From NCBI GenBank assembly GCA_965660855.1, contig CBFIBM010000001.1:192001-256000 (forward strand): a stretch of DNA of 64,000 nucleotides. The letters run 5' to 3'. Each line of letters opens with the position of its first letter. Position 1 is the stretch's first letter. Both the position numbers and the translations under genes were made by a program. This document shows positions 61,567-64,000 of the stretch, one piece after another. The stretch comes from an uncultured bacterium. GTDB lineage: Bacteria > Fidelibacterota > Marinisomatia > Marinisomatales > UBA1611. The notes under the pieces were generated by a model. It had not been told where the DNA came from. It was given only the letters and a program-made list of their open reading frames with translations, and made no database searches.

Positions 61567-62985
61567 ATGGGTTGCCGTGTTAGGTTTGCTCCAAGTCCAA
61601 CTGGACAGCTTCATATTGGTGGTGCAAGAACAGCACTTTCGAATTATTTGTTCGCAAAGCAAAATAATGGAAAATTTCTATTAAGAATTGAAGATACTGA
61701 TCTAGAAAGATCAAAAAAACAATACGTAGATCAAATTTGTGATTCCCTAAAATGGCTAGGGCTAAAATGGGATGAGAAAATGGTGTTTCAATCGTCAAAT
61801 ACTAGTTCTTACAGGAAAGCTGTCGACTACTTAATAAGAACTGAGAAGGCTTACTATTGCTTTGAAACAAAAGAAGAATCCGTTATTCACAGACAAAAAA
61901 CAGGTTCTTTTAGGTATTCGGGAAAATGGAGGAGTGCCGATAAAAATCTCATAAATGAAAGTTTAGAAAAAAAAATTCCCTTCACTGTCAGGTTTTACAA
62001 CAAAAATAAAGATTATACAATTTTCAATGATCTTATATATGGACAAATAAGAAATAAAAATTCAGAATTAGATGATTTTATAATTGTACGATCTGATGGT
62101 ACTCCAGTCTATAATTTGACCAATGTAATAGATGATAATAATATGAATATTTCACATGTTATTAGAGGAGAGGACCATATAGCAAATACCTCTAAGCAAA
62201 TTCTTTTATATGATGCTTTAAAATATCAATTACCAGTTTTTGCCCATTTACCGATGATATTGGGACCTGACAAAAAAAGATTGAGTAAAAGACATGGTGC
62301 TATGGGGGTCAAGAGTTATAGCGAGAGAGGTTATCAACCAGAGTCTCTAATAAACTATCTTGCATTGCTGGGATGGAATCCTGGGACAGAAGAAGAAATT
62401 ATGAATAAAGATCGACTTATTAAAATATTCGATCTATCAAAAGTTCAAAGAAAGAGTGCAATCTTTGATTTAAAAAAATTAAATTGGATGAGTGGTCAGT
62501 ATTTAAAAAATCAAAAAAATTCTGAAATTCTATTGAGAATCAGAAAAATAAATGAACTCTGGGGAATAGAAAAAAATAATAAATATTGCGAAAAAATCAT
62601 TGAATTGAATAAAGTGCGATCTGATTCATTAATAGATTTAATTGCAAATTCAGAATACTTTTTTAATGACCCTAAAATTGAGCGCGAAAATGATTTTCAA
62701 AAACTAATAAACAAAGATTCCATTGATCTAATCAGAAAATATTTAATAGCTTTAGAAAAGATTCAACATTGGAATATTGAAAGCATTGAAAACAAATCAA
62801 AAGACTTTATGCAAGATAATCAAATTGGTTTTGGTAAATTAATGAAACCTATTCGTTTTATTTTATGTGGAGCATTGAAAGGTGCTTCTATTTTCCACAT
62901 AATAATGTGCTTAGGTAAAGAAAAAACAATTTTTAGATTGAAGAAGGTTTTATTAATTAATTTTGATAAAGAAAGTAATGAATAA
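61567..62985 (+). CDS. gltX: Glutamate--tRNA ligase
   Basis: [32 protein letters not shown] and a C-terminal anticodon-binding domain. Confidence 0.96.
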   Translation: MGCRVRFAPSPTGQLHIGGARTALSNYLFAKQNNGKFLLRIEDTDLERSKKQYVDQICDSLKWLGLKWDEKMVFQSSNTSSYRKAVDYLIRTEKAYYCFETKEESVIHRQKTGSFRYSGKWRSADKNLINESLEKKIPFTVRFYNKNKDYTIFNDLIYGQIRNKNSELDDFIIVRSDGTPVYNLTNVIDDNNMNISHVIRGEDHIANTSKQILLYDALKYQLPVFAHLPMILGPDKKRLSKRHGAMGVKSYSERGYQPESLINYLALLGWNPGTEEEIMNKDRLIKIFDLSKVQRKSAIFDLKKLNWMSGQYLKNQKNSEILLRIRKINELWGIEKNNKYCEKIIELNKVRSDSLIDLIANSEYFFNDPKIERENDFQKLINKDSIDLIRKYLIALEKIQHWNIESIENKSKDFMQDNQIGFGKLMKPIRFILCGALKGASIFHIIMCLGKEKTIFRLKKVLLINFDKESNE

Positions 62986-64000
62986 AAAAAATCATTTTAT
63001 TCAAAAAATAATTGATAATGATAATATAACCGGTAAATGGAATAAAAGAGTACATACCCGTTTCCCCCCTGAACCAAACGGATATCTTCATATTGGTCAT
63101 GCAAAATCTATTTTTCTTAATTTTGGGCTCGCAGAAGAAAATAATGGTAAATGTAATCTTCGCTTTGATGACACAAATCCAATTAAGGAGAATCTTGAGT
63201 ACGTTGAATCAATCAAAAATGATGTAAAATGGTTAGGCTTTGATTGGGAGGATAGGCTGTTTTATGCATCTGATTATTTTGAAAAAATGTATGATTACGC
63301 TATCCAACTCATTAATGATGGTAAAGCATATGTTTGCGACCTCTCTTTTGAAGAAATACAACATTTTAGAGGGACTTTAAATAAACCTGGAATAAATAGT
63401 CCTAGCAGGACAAGACCTATATCTGAAAATATAGAACTATTTAAAAAGATGCGTAATGGTGTATTTAATGATGGGGAAAAAACACTTAGAGCAAAAATTG
63501 ATATGCAACACTCGAATTTGAATATGCGTGATCCTGTTCTTTATCGTATTCTTCATGCTAAACATCATAGAACGGGGTCTAAGTGGTGCATTTATCCCAT
63601 GTATGATTGGGCTCATGGACTTGAGGATTCTATAGAAAAAATTACTCATTCAATTTGTACACTAGAGTTTGAAGATCACAGACCTTTATATAACTGGTAC
63701 CTCGAATCATTATCCTTGTATCATCCTCAACAAATTGAATTTGCAAGGTTGAATCTAAATTATACTATTATGAGTAAAAGGAAACTTAAAGAATTAGTTG
63801 ATAAAGAATATGTTGATGGTTGGGATGATCCCAGAATGCCGACAATTTCTGGTCTAAGACGTAGAGGTTACACACCGAATTCAATTAAGAATTTTGTAGA
63901 TGATGTCGGAGTAACTAAACGAGACTCTGTAATCGATGTAGTGCGTTTAGAAAATTCCTTAAGGGAAGAGCTAAATAAAACCTCTTCAAGGGTAATGGGT
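62978..64000 (+). CDS. glnS: Glutamine--tRNA ligase (runs off the window end); not in the ORF track
   Basis: ATG 62978: [52 protein letters not shown] and GWDDPRMPT. Confidence 0.96.
   Translation, partial: MNKKNHFIQKIIDNDNITGKWNKRVHTRFPPEPNGYLHIGHAKSIFLNFGLAEENNGKCNLRFDDTNPIKENLEYVESIKNDVKWLGFDWEDRLFYASDYFEKMYDYAIQLINDGKAYVCDLSFEEIQHFRGTLNKPGINSPSRTRPISENIELFKKMRNGVFNDGEKTLRAKIDMQHSNLNMRDPVLYRILHAKHHRTGSKWCIYPMYDWAHGLEDSIEKITHSICTLEFEDHRPLYNWYLESLSLYHPQQIEFARLNLNYTIMSKRKLKELVDKEYVDGWDDPRMPTISGLRRRGYTPNSIKNFVDDVGVTKRDSVIDVVRLENSLREELNKTSSRVMG

Noticed and set aside
61567..62985. GluQ (glutamyl-queuosine synthetase) instead of GltX
   Set aside because: At 472 aa with a C-terminal anticodon-binding domain it is a full GluRS; GluQ lacks that domain.

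Overview
AT-rich, gene-dense bacterial chromosome segment with most genes on the + strand. Gene content suggests an FCB-related lineage, plausibly Marinimicrobia (SAR406); this is an inference from the long-form IspG, a PNPFNP-type C-terminal sorting tail, a DUF4295-like protein and the folB-folK-dNK block. Most of the window is housekeeping: ispG, folB, folK, rsmE, smc, dut, groES/groEL, polA, alr, rlmH, acs, pepA, smpB, tyrS, a cold-shock protein, gltX, glnS, two tRNA-Ser genes, peptidases and transporters. Main observations: (1) a ~2.2 kb islet at tRNA-Ser(TGA), bounded by a 24-bp duplication of the tRNA 3' end, with 3+2 tandem 11-bp repeats resembling integrase arm sites but no integrase, carrying only lipoprotein genes including one pseudogene; (2) a homologue of the animal tRNA-queuosine mannosyltransferase (GTDC1/QTMAN, DUF3524) divergent from smpB-tyrS; (3) a nucleotide-transporter-HEAT-cNMP fusion; (4) a bL38/DUF4295-like protein with an acidic repeat tail; (5) a Plasmodium-like dUTPase; (6) a sigma-54-type motif upstream of groES; (7) a KKKSS repeat in a secreted TPR protein. 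Several small ORFs missing from the ORF track were also found. All family assignments come from motif recognition by eye, not from database searches.
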